A DNA stretch of 63,282 bases, counting the filler. It is 5 parts of 5 records of this genome, joined end to end, with 100 filler letters (N's around TTAATTAATTAA, not from the genome) between each part and the next. Parts side by side here need not be neighbours in the genome. Positions count along the whole stretch, not along the records: positions 17,341 to 41,872 come from SRR20825019_1324; 4 more parts are not named here. The stretch is one strand, 5' to 3'. Every line of letters begins with the position of its first letter. Position 1 is the stretch's first letter. Positions 28,868 to 38,805 of the stretch are shown piece after piece. The notes beneath the pieces are model-generated. The model saw only the letters and a program-made list of their open reading frames with translations. It did not search any database and was not told where the DNA came from. The position numbers and the translations under genes were made by a program.

Positions 28868-30088
28868 TTACGGGTTGAACAGCTCGTCGATGTTCTCGTT
28901 CATTTTCTCAGCCGTGATTTCTCCGGTCAGCGCCCGCTGCATGTTCACCGGCCACACTGTGTTCACGAAGTCCGACGTTTGCGGCACATTCGGCAACATG
29001 TGAGCAAATGGCAGCGAAGCCACCGTGGCATCGACGAAGCGTTTGGGGTGCAGGGTCCACCTGGACGAGTCCGACCTGGTGACAGGCAATTGCCCCGTCG
29101 CCTCATTGAACGCCTTGTTGTTGCCTTCCGCTGACAGGAAGGAAATCCACTTCCAGGCCGCATCCTTGTTTTCCGCCGATGAGAAGACAGCCGTGGATTC
29201 ATCACCGAACGCCGTCCAGCGCCCGCCATCGCATTCCGGTACCGGCACAGCCGAAACCTTGTCGCCAAGAGCGGCAACCATGTCATTGGCCGACCCGATA
29301 TGGTGGATCGTCATGGCGGTCTTGCCTGCCTTGAAAGCGCCGATCACTTCCTTGAACCCGTCATTGGGTGCTGAAGGCGGGAAAGCCCCGTCCTTTTCGA
29401 AAAGATCGACGACCCATTGTGTACCGGCAACGGCGCTCGGCTCTGTCAGACCACCCTTTTCAAAGCTGACGCCATCGCGCGACAGGACGAAACTGCCCCA
29501 GTGGTCGTGTCCGCCCTTGCCACCGCGGAAGCCAAAACCGTAGACATCCTTTCGGCCATCACCGTCGGTATCGCGCGTGAGCTGGATGGCCGCATCCCGG
29601 AAATCCGCGCAGGTCTGCGGTGGTTCGAGGCCGAGCTCCTCGAACATATCGGTGCGGTAATAGAGATAGAGTACGACGTACTGAATCGGCAGATAATACT
29701 GGTTGCCATCAGGGCCTTGTGTCAGGTCCAGAAGGTTATCCTGAAGATCGCTCACGCCCTCCCAAGCATCGATACGATCACCTATCGGCTCAAGCGCACC
29801 CATCTCGACAAGACGGGGTTGCGCAAACATCTTCACCATCGCCGCATCCGGCGCGTTGCCCGCAATGATCGAGGTGTAGAGATTGTCGTAATAGCTATTC
29901 CACGGAATATTTTCCGCCTCGATGGTAATGTCGGGGTTCTTTTCCTCGAATTTGGATATCAGATCCGACATCGGATTATCCGCATTGTCGAAGTGATACC
30001 AGAAACGCACGGTGTCGTTGGCATTGGCCGCGGCTCCATACGCAAATACCGACGCGGCCAGGGCCGTGACTGTCAATATCGTTTTCAT
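28868..30088 (-). CDS. Carbohydrate ABC transporter solute-binding protein (CUT1)
   Basis: Signal peptide; FEEKNPDITIE, LYYRTDMF, AWKWISFL. Confidence 0.93.
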   Translation of the reverse strand: MKTILTVTALAASVFAYGAAANANDTVRFWYHFDNADNPMSDLISKFEEKNPDITIEAENIPWNSYYDNLYTSIIAGNAPDAAMVKMFAQPRLVEMGALEPIGDRIDAWEGVSDLQDNLLDLTQGPDGNQYYLPIQYVVLYLYYRTDMFEELGLEPPQTCADFRDAAIQLTRDTDGDGRKDVYGFGFRGGKGGHDHWGSFVLSRDGVSFEKGGLTEPSAVAGTQWVVDLFEKDGAFPPSAPNDGFKEVIGAFKAGKTAMTIHHIGSANDMVAALGDKVSAVPVPECDGGRWTAFGDESTAVFSSAENKDAAWKWISFLSAEGNNKAFNEATGQLPVTRSDSSRWTLHPKRFVDATVASLPFAHMLPNVPQTSDFVNTVWPVNMQRALTGEITAEKMNENIDELFNP

Positions 30089-30130
30089 TTTCGCTCCTCC
30101 GCTTTGCCGCCTCCTTGCGGCTCAACTGGT

Positions 30131-31171
30131 TCATTTTGTGCCCGTGAACTTGCGAAAAGCGGTTGCTGCCGCCTCCGCCGCCGTACGGGCTTCGGCAAGA
30201 ACGGGATTCATCTGCATGAAACCGTGCACCACGCCGGGATGCAGGCGATATTCATCAGTGCGGCCCAGCGCCGAAAGCCGCCGGGCAAGTTTTTCGCTAT
30301 CAGAGCGCAAGGGATCGACCGCCGCCGCATTGAGAAAGAGCGGCGGCAGACGTTTCAGCGTCGCATCATCCGCCTTGAGAGGCGCAACCAGAGGGTTTGC
30401 GCGATCGTTTTCATCAGGTGTGTAGAAATCCCAGTAGCGCATCATTTTTGCGCGGGTAAGGCCGGGACCATCGGCACATTCGATGTATGATTGCGTCTCG
30501 AAATCCGCATCATAGGCACCATAAAACAGCAAGGCGGCATCGGGCAGAACACCGCCATCTGCGATCTGCTGCAGCATCGTTGCCAGCGCCAGATTGGCTC
30601 CGGCACTGTCCCCGGCAAGTGCAACCGGACCATGGATATCGGCAAAGGCACCGGTGTTTGCGACGACGGCCCGCCAGACGGCAAGACAGTCCTCGAAACC
30701 GGCGGGGAAGGGATGTTCAGGTGCGAGCCGGTAGTCAAATGTCAGAATGTGGGCATCTGCTTCCAGCGCCAGAACGCGGGCGGCGTGTTCGTGGGTCTGT
30801 TTGCTGCAAAAGGCCCACCCGCCACCATGGACAAAAACGATCAATCCGCTGGCAGTTTCGCTGGGTTTCATCAAACGGCAGGCAATTGCACCGCCGTCTG
30901 GCCGCGAAAGCGTGAACTCCGTCGCATCAGCGAGCGCGGGCATATCCCGGTTCCAGCGCCGGTTGCTTTCCTCTGCCTGCGCCCTGCCTTTTTCAGGCGG
31001 GATCGTGGTGGGATCATCCAGACCGGCATCTTCACCTGCAAGCCGATCAAGGATTGATGCCATCTCAGGTGAAAGCGCGTAATGGTCCGGCCTGGTGTGC
31101 TGTCCGGCATCCGGCCCGGCCACAAATGCCTCCCGATCCAATCGCTGCTTGCTCCCCCCGTCAGACATCAT
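30131..31171 (-). CDS. HSL-family esterase (Aes-like alpha/beta hydrolase)
   Basis: HGGGW, YRLAPEHPFP, GDSAG, DPLR, HGF motifs. Confidence 0.92.
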   Translation of the reverse strand: MMSDGGSKQRLDREAFVAGPDAGQHTRPDHYALSPEMASILDRLAGEDAGLDDPTTIPPEKGRAQAEESNRRWNRDMPALADATEFTLSRPDGGAIACRLMKPSETASGLIVFVHGGGWAFCSKQTHEHAARVLALEADAHILTFDYRLAPEHPFPAGFEDCLAVWRAVVANTGAFADIHGPVALAGDSAGANLALATMLQQIADGGVLPDAALLFYGAYDADFETQSYIECADGPGLTRAKMMRYWDFYTPDENDRANPLVAPLKADDATLKRLPPLFLNAAAVDPLRSDSEKLARRLSALGRTDEYRLHPGVVHGFMQMNPVLAEARTAAEAAATAFRKFTGTK

Positions 31172-31917
31172 TTTTCTTCCTCTCCGGGGCGATCTGCCGG
31201 CAGAATACTGGGTCCGAAATCGACAATTGTCGTAATGTGATGCGACAGGGCGGCGCTGGCAGCCTCCGGCTCCCCCTTGTTCAGCGCATCGATTATTGCC
31301 TCATGGCGTTCGGCCGTTTCGACGAGATCGCGCCGGTCTTTCGAATTCAGAATCTTGAAACGATGATTGTGGATCAGGCAGCGCCTCAGGACCGGGCGCA
31401 CACTTGGCATGTCGGCAGCATCGTAAAGCGCCAGATGAAAGTCCCGGTCGAGCAAGGACAGTTGATAGGTATCGCCGTTGCGCGCTGAAATCATCATCAT
31501 CCGGATCAGGTCTTCAAGCTCCTTGCGCAGCAGCGCACCGTAACGCTGAAGGACACGTGACACACCGCGGCACTCGATGTCCTTTCGGATCAGGATCAAT
31601 TCACGCGCATCATCCACCCTGGAGTCGGCCACGAAGGTGCCGCGGTGCGGCATCCGGTCAACCAGTCCGTCATGATCAAGCCCGATCAGAGCCTCGCGTG
31701 CAGTGCTCTGACTACAGCCGAATCGTTCAGCGATATCCATTTCGAGGATGGCAGCAAGCGGCGGGATCTCGCCCAGCATGATCTCTCGTTGCAGGTCTTC
31801 ATAGACCGTCAGACTGCGCCGGCTGGTGCGCCGGACGGAGGTGTGAAAGCCATGTGTCTTGCTTCCGCGTGATCGCCCGAAATTTTCGATCGCCATATTC
31901 AATTCCACTGCTTGCAT
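31168..31917 (-). CDS. GntR/FCD-family regulator
   Basis: FGCSQSTAREAL HTH plus FCD domain; start may be 31896. Confidence 0.9.
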   Translation of the reverse strand: MQAVELNMAIENFGRSRGSKTHGFHTSVRRTSRRSLTVYEDLQREIMLGEIPPLAAILEMDIAERFGCSQSTAREALIGLDHDGLVDRMPHRGTFVADSRVDDARELILIRKDIECRGVSRVLQRYGALLRKELEDLIRMMMISARNGDTYQLSLLDRDFHLALYDAADMPSVRPVLRRCLIHNHRFKILNSKDRRDLVETAERHEAIIDALNKGEPEAASAALSHHITTIVDFGPSILPADRPGEEEK

Positions 31918-31936
31918 ATCGATAACGATATCGATA
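31917..31936. promoter_or_regulatory. Candidate GntR operator
   Basis: TATCGATA-acga-TATCGATA, two tandem palindromes in the divergent promoter. Confidence 0.6.
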
Positions 31937-32091
31937 ATGTAGCGATACGGTTGCAGTTTGGCAAGACGGATTTTTCAGACGACTTCAGGCGGCCTGACTG
32001 AAAGTCGAAAATTGCCGAACCCGGGTCAGGTCTATGAAATTGCATGTATTTCGGACCCTATGGAGCAGGTCCGGTCAGCCGGGAGGAATTG

Positions 32092-33198
32092 ATGGCGAGT
32101 ATCGAACTTGAGCGTCTGGAAAAGAATTATGGCGCTTTTCAAGCGATTAAAGGTATCGACCTTTCAATCAATGACGGAGAATTCGTCACGTTTGTCGGTC
32201 CCTCGGGTTGTGGCAAATCGACCCTTTTGCGCATGGTCGCAGGACTGGAGGAAATTTCCGGCGGCAAACTGAAGATCGATGATCGCGTCGTAAACGATCT
32301 GGAACCACGCGAACGCGATATCGCAATGGTCTTTCAGGACTATGCCCTCTATCCGCACATGTCCGTTGCCGAAAACATCGGTTTCGGGCTGAAGATGCGC
32401 GGGCTTGGCAAGGCAGAAATCGAAAAACAGGTGAATGAAGCAGCCGAGATTCTGCAAATCACCCCGCTTTTGCACCGCAAGCCCGGACAGCTTTCCGGCG
32501 GGCAGCGTCAGCGCGTTGCCATGGGCCGTGCGATCGTGCGCCGCCCCAAGGTTTATCTGTTCGACGAGCCGCTTTCCAACCTTGATGCCAAACTGCGCGT
32601 GGACATGCGCACCCAGATCAAGCGCCTGCACACATTGCTTAAAACCACGACAATCTATGTAACCCACGATCAGGTGGAGGCCATGACGCTGGCTGACCAT
32701 ATCGTGATCCTGAAGGATGGCGTGATCATGCAGCAGGGGCGGCCCGTCAGCGTTTACGAAAGACCGGAAAGCCGCTTTGTCGCCGAGTTTATCGGTTCGC
32801 CCAAGATGAATATCTTTCCGGCTCGCCTGAGCCGCAGCGGTGAAACGACAAGGCTGCGCTTCGGTGATTTCTCCATGAACGCCAAAGGCTCACTGGGAGA
32901 AGACGGCAGCGTCGTCGAGATCGGAATACGGCCTGAACATCTCACGCCCTGCGCGCCTGAAGACGCGCTGTTTTCCGCCCGGATTGATGTTCTCGAACCC
33001 CTCGGCTCGGACACACACGCCATTTGCCTGATGGACGATTTCGAACTGACCGCGCGGCTGGAGCCGGATCTGGCGGTAAGCCCCGGTCAGACGTTGCATT
33101 TCAGGGCTGACCCGGAAAAGATACACTTCTTCGACCCGGACAGCGGCCAGCGCCTTGATTATCAGGCCATTTCACCTTCCAAGGCATTGCATATATGA
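32092..33198 (+). CDS. Carbohydrate ABC transporter ATPase (MalK/UgpC-like)
   Basis: GPSGCGKST, LSGGQRQR, FDEPLSNLD; GGAGG RBS before ATG 32092. Confidence 0.95.
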   Translation: MASIELERLEKNYGAFQAIKGIDLSINDGEFVTFVGPSGCGKSTLLRMVAGLEEISGGKLKIDDRVVNDLEPRERDIAMVFQDYALYPHMSVAENIGFGLKMRGLGKAEIEKQVNEAAEILQITPLLHRKPGQLSGGQRQRVAMGRAIVRRPKVYLFDEPLSNLDAKLRVDMRTQIKRLHTLLKTTTIYVTHDQVEAMTLADHIVILKDGVIMQQGRPVSVYERPESRFVAEFIGSPKMNIFPARLSRSGETTRLRFGDFSMNAKGSLGEDGSVVEIGIRPEHLTPCAPEDALFSARIDVLEPLGSDTHAICLMDDFELTARLEPDLAVSPGQTLHFRADPEKIHFFDPDSGQRLDYQAISPSKALHI

Positions 33199-33422
33199 AT
33201 ATTTGAGCGCGCATCAGGATTTCAGAAAGAAGGGGCTGCCATGCCTGCGGGGGAAACGCATCGCGTGTCGTTCCAGGCGGCTGCGGCCGGTGGCCCTTCC
33301 TGAAAGTGCGGCCCAGAAAGCGTGGCCCAGAAAGGCGATTTTGAGGCCAGCATCACCACAGGTTGACCGGAACTGACACAAAACCGGGACGGGACGCTGG
33401 AAGAGCGCCGGTCAACGAGCCG

Positions 33423-33827
33423 TTATTCCAGCCAGTTTTCGACCTGAAGACCGGAAACCCGCTTGAACGCGCGAACATTGGCGGTCACAAGAACGGCACC
33501 AAGTGCCCTTGCATGGGCGGCAATCAGAAGATCATTCGGCCCGATCGGCGTGCCCGCAGCCTCCAGTTCAGCTCTGATGAGTCCATATAAAGCATCTGCG
33601 GGAACATCGAGGGCAAAGATCTGCACGCTCTCCAGAATGGCGTCTATCTGCGCTGTCAACCTGGCAGAACCCTTCCGGGCGCATCCATACCGCAATTCGG
33701 CTGCCGTAATGATGCTGACGCAGATTGTATCCTGCCCAGCGGCAGCGATACGATCGACAACAACACCGGCAGGATCGCGCGCCAGCTCGGAGACGATATT
33801 CGTATCCAGCATGTAAAACCCACTCAC
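33423..33827 (-). CDS. vapC: PIN-domain toxin
   Basis: MLDTNIVS, AELRYG, NDLLIAAHA, LVTAN motifs. Confidence 0.93.
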   Translation of the reverse strand: MSGFYMLDTNIVSELARDPAGVVVDRIAAAGQDTICVSIITAAELRYGCARKGSARLTAQIDAILESVQIFALDVPADALYGLIRAELEAAGTPIGPNDLLIAAHARALGAVLVTANVRAFKRVSGLQVENWLE

Positions 33828-34087
33828 AGATCAACATCCTTCACTGGCAGCAAAGTGTCATCCACATCAGGAAACTGATCGTTCGGGCCAAGGGGCTTCA
33901 GGCTGGCCAGTACATCCAGAAGATTTTTGTTGGGAACCGGTTCGATGACAAGGCGATTTCCTTCACGGTAGATCATCACCCTGTCACCCGGCAATTCGAA
34001 ATCTGCCGGAATACGAACGGCCTGGCTCTTGTTGTTGCGAAACAGCTTGGCTTCACGCGGTGTTTCAGCTGCATGGGGCAGGGGCAT
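33824..34087 (-). CDS. vapB: AbrB-fold antitoxin
   Basis: AKLFRNNKSQAVRIP; 4-bp overlap with vapC. Confidence 0.93.
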   Translation of the reverse strand: MPLPHAAETPREAKLFRNNKSQAVRIPADFELPGDRVMIYREGNRLVIEPVPNKNLLDVLASLKPLGPNDQFPDVDDTLLPVKDVDL

Positions 34088-34111
34088 TCAAACCTCCCGG
34101 CAATATCTGGC

Positions 34112-34131
34112 ATATACATTTGTATATACAT
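34112..34131. promoter_or_regulatory. Candidate vapBC autoregulatory operator
   Basis: ATATACA-tt-TGTATAT dyad upstream of vapB. Confidence 0.6.
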
Positions 34132-34335
34132 CGCGCCGCGAGGCTTTCCAAGCGTCATATAAAACGCAACAAGCCGAACACCTCAAAGGCGCGCCCAGAC
34201 GAGGCAACGGCTGTGCCGGCAACGAGCGCGAGGCGGTCGGCTTACCCGCGTTCGGACCGAGCGCGCCCCGGGATATCGACGTTACACACCCCGAAAAACC
34301 GGCATTTCAGACGCAATCGAAAAGTGATTGTCAAA

Positions 34336-34356
34336 CTTATATATATGGTATATAAG
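34336..34356. promoter_or_regulatory. Candidate GntR operator
   Basis: CTTATATA-tatgg-TATATAAG dyad upstream of the GntR gene. Confidence 0.6.
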
Positions 34357-34382
34357 ATATACAACAAACGATGGAGGCACAG

Positions 34383-35174
34383 ATGGGCTACTCATCTGAT
34401 GGCATGATTGATATTTCAGGGAACGGAAACGGCAACCGGTCAGGGACAGCCACACAGGTTGTCCATCACCGGCTGCGCGCCGAAATTGTCTCCCTCAAGC
34501 GCCTGCCCGGCGAAGCCATCAGCGAAAAGGAAATTGCGGTGGAATGCGGGGTCAGCCGCACACCGATCCGTGAGGCCCTCCTCAGGCTGGCTGAAGAGCA
34601 ACTGATCGACATCGTTCCAAAATCGGGAACGCGGGTTTCGCGCATCCCGGTGGCCTCGCTGCTTGAAGCGCAGGTGGCGCGCACCGCGCTTGAGCAGGTC
34701 AATGTTCGCGCCGCCGCCGCGCAGGTGCAAGGCAGTGAAATCGCCAATATGCGGGCACTGCTGATGTATCAGCGCGAACGCACGGACGCTGGCGACAGTG
34801 ACGGGTTTCATGCCGCAGATGAGGCGCTGCACCGTGCCATCGCAGTCGCAGGCGGCTACCCCGGCATCTGGAAAATCATCGAACAGGTGAAACTGCAGGT
34901 CGACCGCTACAGACGGCTGACGCTGCCGCAGATCAACCGCATGGAGCGGGTGCTCGTCGAGCATGGCGAGATCGTGGATGCGCTTGCCGACAAGGATGCC
35001 GAGCGCGCCGTCGCCGCCATGACCCATCACCTCGAAGGATTGAGCGCGGAGGACCTGCGCCCGATCCGCGATCTCAACCCGGACTATTTCATCGGAGACA
35101 TCAACGACGTCTACGAGAAGTGGGGCGATGGCAACATCGCTTCTCAAAACGAAAGTCGGCCCAACGAGACCTGA
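34383..35174 (+). CDS. GntR/FCD-family regulator of the TRAP-kdu cluster
   Basis: GVSRTPIREAL HTH; GGAGG RBS before ATG 34383. Confidence 0.9.
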   Translation: MGYSSDGMIDISGNGNGNRSGTATQVVHHRLRAEIVSLKRLPGEAISEKEIAVECGVSRTPIREALLRLAEEQLIDIVPKSGTRVSRIPVASLLEAQVARTALEQVNVRAAAAQVQGSEIANMRALLMYQRERTDAGDSDGFHAADEALHRAIAVAGGYPGIWKIIEQVKLQVDRYRRLTLPQINRMERVLVEHGEIVDALADKDAERAVAAMTHHLEGLSAEDLRPIRDLNPDYFIGDINDVYEKWGDGNIASQNESRPNET

Positions 35175-35220
35175 ATACGGCCGATGAAATCGAAATCCAA
35201 TACCCTCATGGGAGGCAATC

Positions 35221-36219
35221 ATGAAAAACGTAAAGAATAGTCTTAAACTGGCGGGCGTCAGCGTTATCGCGCTGGGTGCTGTGTTTGGTCCGTCTGCCGC
35301 TTTCGCAGAAACCGTGTTCGAGATCGCGTTCAACCAGCCGGAATCGCACCCGCAATTCAAGGCGATGCAGCGTTTCGGCGAGGCTTTCTCCGAGCGCACC
35401 AACGGCGAATATTCGGTCAAGATTTTCCCGAACGAACTGCTTGGCGCCCAGAAGGAAACCGTCGAAATGGCGCAGACCGGCACGATCGCCATGTCGCTCG
35501 CTTCGGCCAGCCTTCTGGAAAGCTGGAACCCCGATTTCGTCGTCTTCAACCTGCCCTATGTGTTCGACAGCATCGAGCACCAGAAGCAAGTGGTCAACAA
35601 CCCGGAAATCGTTGGTGAACTCTACAACTCGGTTGCCGATCAGGGCATCGTTGTTGTCGCCGCCTTCACCGCCGGTTCGCGCAATGTCTACCTGAAGGAT
35701 CACCCGGTTGAAACGCCGGAAGATCTGGCCGGACAGAAGATCCGCGTGATGCAGTCGCAGACCAATATCGACATGATGAACATGATGGGCGGCAACGGTA
35801 TCGCGATGGGCCAGGGCGAAGTCTACACCGCCATCCAGACCGGTGTTCTTGACGGCGGCGAAAACAACGAAGTGACCTACTGGTCGCTCAAGCATTCCGA
35901 AATTGCACCGTATTTCTCCTACACGCAGCATCTGATGATCCCTGACTACCTGGTCATGAATGTCGATTACTACGAAGACATGCCCGACGACGTGAAGCAG
36001 ATCTTCAACGAAGAACTGATGAAGGCCGCAGACTATGAATTCGAAGTCTTTGCTGAAGATGCGGCCAAGTCCAGAGCCCTGGCAGAAGAAGCCGGTGCCA
36101 AGTTCAACGACGTGGATATCAAGCCCTTCCGGGAAGCCGTCCGTCCGCTGACGGAAGCAAAGCTCAACAGCGACGTGACCAAGAAGATCTATTCGCAGAT
36201 GCATCAAGCCGGCGAGTGA
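35221..36219 (+). CDS. dctP: TRAP transporter solute-binding protein
   Basis: Signal peptide; KIRVMQS, EVYTAIQTGVLDGGENN. Confidence 0.93.
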   Translation: MKNVKNSLKLAGVSVIALGAVFGPSAAFAETVFEIAFNQPESHPQFKAMQRFGEAFSERTNGEYSVKIFPNELLGAQKETVEMAQTGTIAMSLASASLLESWNPDFVVFNLPYVFDSIEHQKQVVNNPEIVGELYNSVADQGIVVVAAFTAGSRNVYLKDHPVETPEDLAGQKIRVMQSQTNIDMMNMMGGNGIAMGQGEVYTAIQTGVLDGGENNEVTYWSLKHSEIAPYFSYTQHLMIPDYLVMNVDYYEDMPDDVKQIFNEELMKAADYEFEVFAEDAAKSRALAEEAGAKFNDVDIKPFREAVRPLTEAKLNSDVTKKIYSQMHQAGE

Positions 36220-36272
36220 TCCGCAACGATAAATGATCTTGACTGGTCCCGGCTTTTCCGGGGCCAGCTCGG

Positions 36273-36806
36273 ATGAGAAAGAAACTTGCTATGCATACGA
36301 TCAAACTTTGGGTCGATCGGTTTCTGGCAACCATCTGCATCACCTTGTGCGGTCTGCTGACGTTTGTCGTGACCTGGCAGGTGGTCAGCCGTTTCGTGTT
36401 CAGCAGCGCCGGCGCACTGTCGGAAGAGCTTGCGAAGATCATGTTTGTCTGGCTGGTTCTTCTGGGCGCGGCTCTGCTGTTCGGCGAAAAAGGCCATATG
36501 AACATCGGCATCTTTGTTGACGCCTTTTCGTCAGCACGGCTGAAAGGCACCTTGCAGCTCACCTCGGATATTCTGATCCTGCTGTTTGTCGTGGCCATTC
36601 TGCTCATTGGCGGCCTGGATGCCGTTGACCGCACGATGCGCCAGACCAATGCGGCAATACCATTCCTGAAGACCGGCCAGATCTATATGGCGCTCCCGAT
36701 CTGCGGCGCCTTTTCGGCCTTCTACTGCCTGTACAATATCTGGAACGACATTCTATCGCTGCTCCGCCCTGTCAATGCGGAAAGCCCGGAAGGGGAGGCC
36801 AAGTAA
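36273..36806 (+). CDS. dctQ: TRAP small permease
   Basis: Four TM helices; QVVSRF, SEELAK; start may be 36291. Confidence 0.9.
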   Translation: MRKKLAMHTIKLWVDRFLATICITLCGLLTFVVTWQVVSRFVFSSAGALSEELAKIMFVWLVLLGAALLFGEKGHMNIGIFVDAFSSARLKGTLQLTSDILILLFVVAILLIGGLDAVDRTMRQTNAAIPFLKTGQIYMALPICGAFSAFYCLYNIWNDILSLLRPVNAESPEGEAK

Positions 36807-38114
36807 ATGGCAAACGCAGCCGACATCGGTCTTATCCTGCTCATCTCAATTCCGATCCTGCTGATGATCGGCGTTCCGATCAGCGTCAGCATGGGCATCG
36901 GTTCCGTGCTGGCAATGGCCACCATCTTCACCTTTGATCGCATGGCGATCACATCCGCCCAGCGTATCTTCGCCGGCATCAACTCTTTCTCGCTGCTGGC
37001 GATCCCGTTCTTCATCCTGGCAGGCAATATCATGACGTCAGGAGGGATAGCGCGAAGGCTGATCAATTTCGCCAAGGCGCTGATCTGCTTCATTCCGGGC
37101 TCTCTGGTTCAGACGAATATCGTTGCCAACATGCTGTTCGGGGCCATTTCCGGATCGGGCGTCGCCGCCGCCGCCGCCATTGGCGGGGCCATGGGGCCGC
37201 AGCAGAAGGCGGATGGTTACGATCCGAAGTTTGCGGCAGCCGCCAACATCGCTTCAGCCCCTGCCGGTATGCTGATCCCGCCGAGCAACACTTTCATCAT
37301 CTACTCGCTGGCAAGCGGAGGCTCCTCGGTCGCTGCCCTGTTCATGGCCGGTTATGTTCCCGGAATTCTCTGGGGCATTGCCTGCATGATCCCGGTGATC
37401 TTCTTTGCCCGCAAGGCCGGTTACAAGGCTGAGCGGATCGCAAGTTTCAGAACAAATCTCAGGACGACAATTGAGGCAGTCCCGGCACTGCTGATGATCG
37501 TGATCGTCGTCGGCGGCATCATTTCGGGCATCTTCACGCCGACCGAGGCCAGTGCGATTGCGGTGGTCTATGTCACCATCCTGTCGCTGGCCTACAGAAC
37601 GATGTCGGTGAAGATGATCCCCGATCTGTTGCTGGCAACGGTGAAAACCACGGCAATGATCATCTTCATGATCGGCGTCTCATCGATCATGGGCTGGATC
37701 ATGGCCTATGCCCAGATCCCCAACATCATCGCATCATCGCTTTTGTCGATCACCGATAACCCGATCCTGATCATGATCATCATGAATATCGTGATCCTGC
37801 TGCTCGGCTTTGTGATGGACCCGACACCGGCAATCCTGATCTTTGCGCCGATCTTCCTGCCGATCGCGATATCTCTGGGTATCGATCCGGTCCATTTCGG
37901 GGTTCTGATGGTCTTCAACCTGTGCATCGGCACCATCACGCCGCCGGTCGGTCCGATCATGTTCGTCGGCTGCCGGATCGCCGAGCTGAAGATCGAGGAC
38001 GTGGTCAAGCCGCTGCTGCCCTTCTTCTTCATCCTCGTGGCACTGCTGATGGCGGTAACGTTCATACCGGAGCTTTCGCTGGCCCTGCCACGCGCCGCAG
38101 GTCTGATCCAGTGA
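36807..38114 (+). CDS. dctM: TRAP large permease
   Basis: LLAIPFFILAG, IPPS, FTPTEA, ITPPVG motifs. Confidence 0.95.
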   Translation: MANAADIGLILLISIPILLMIGVPISVSMGIGSVLAMATIFTFDRMAITSAQRIFAGINSFSLLAIPFFILAGNIMTSGGIARRLINFAKALICFIPGSLVQTNIVANMLFGAISGSGVAAAAAIGGAMGPQQKADGYDPKFAAAANIASAPAGMLIPPSNTFIIYSLASGGSSVAALFMAGYVPGILWGIACMIPVIFFARKAGYKAERIASFRTNLRTTIEAVPALLMIVIVVGGIISGIFTPTEASAIAVVYVTILSLAYRTMSVKMIPDLLLATVKTTAMIIFMIGVSSIMGWIMAYAQIPNIIASSLLSITDNPILIMIIMNIVILLLGFVMDPTPAILIFAPIFLPIAISLGIDPVHFGVLMVFNLCIGTITPPVGPIMFVGCRIAELKIEDVVKPLLPFFFILVALLMAVTFIPELSLALPRAAGLIQ

Positions 38115-38187
38115 CGATGGTATTTTCGAAAACCGGCTGCGCCCAAGGGCGCAGCCCGGAACCGGTGTGATCAAGGGAGACACTGCA

Positions 38188-38652
38188 ATGATTTTCGGAC
38201 GTCTTGATAACCTCACAGCAGAGCAGGAAAGCCTGCCGGAAGCGGTGCTGGAAGGGCTTCGTTTCTTGAGCCGGACAGATCTGGCCAACGCGCCTGCGGG
38301 CCGGATCGATATCGACGGCGACCGGATTTTTGCGACAGTGCAGGACTATGTGACTCGGCCTTTCAAGGAGAACCGCCCCGAATCCCATACCCGCTATTTC
38401 GACATTCAACATGTGGTTTCCGGCCGGGAAGTGATCGGCTTTGCGCCTCTGGCAACGACCGCACCGGCGGTTGAGGATCTCTCGGAGGAACGCGATCTGC
38501 TGTTCTACGAAACCGTGGCCGACGAAATGCCGCTGACGCTTTCGGCTGGCAGTTACGCCGTGTTTTACCCCTGGGATGTGCACCGTCCGGGCTGCGTTGC
38601 TTCGAAGACAGGCGAAGCCGTCCGCAAGGTCGTCGTCAAGATCCGTATGTGA
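38188..38652 (+). CDS. YhcH/YjgK/YiaL (NanQ-like) family protein
   Basis: ESHTRYFDIQ, FYPWDVHRP, VRKVVVKI motifs. Confidence 0.9.
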   Translation: MIFGRLDNLTAEQESLPEAVLEGLRFLSRTDLANAPAGRIDIDGDRIFATVQDYVTRPFKENRPESHTRYFDIQHVVSGREVIGFAPLATTAPAVEDLSEERDLLFYETVADEMPLTLSAGSYAVFYPWDVHRPGCVASKTGEAVRKVVVKIRM

Positions 38653-38805
38653 GTGACCTCTATTCCGCTCGGCTTCATGTTTCGGGCATGCCTGTATCGC
38701 CCGGCTCTCAAGGGAACCGGGCCAATCAACTTAAATTCCGGGAAGCGGGAAAGTGCGGCATTGGCCAGCAACTCATCGCTTCGACACAATGAAGGAGAAA
38801 GACCC

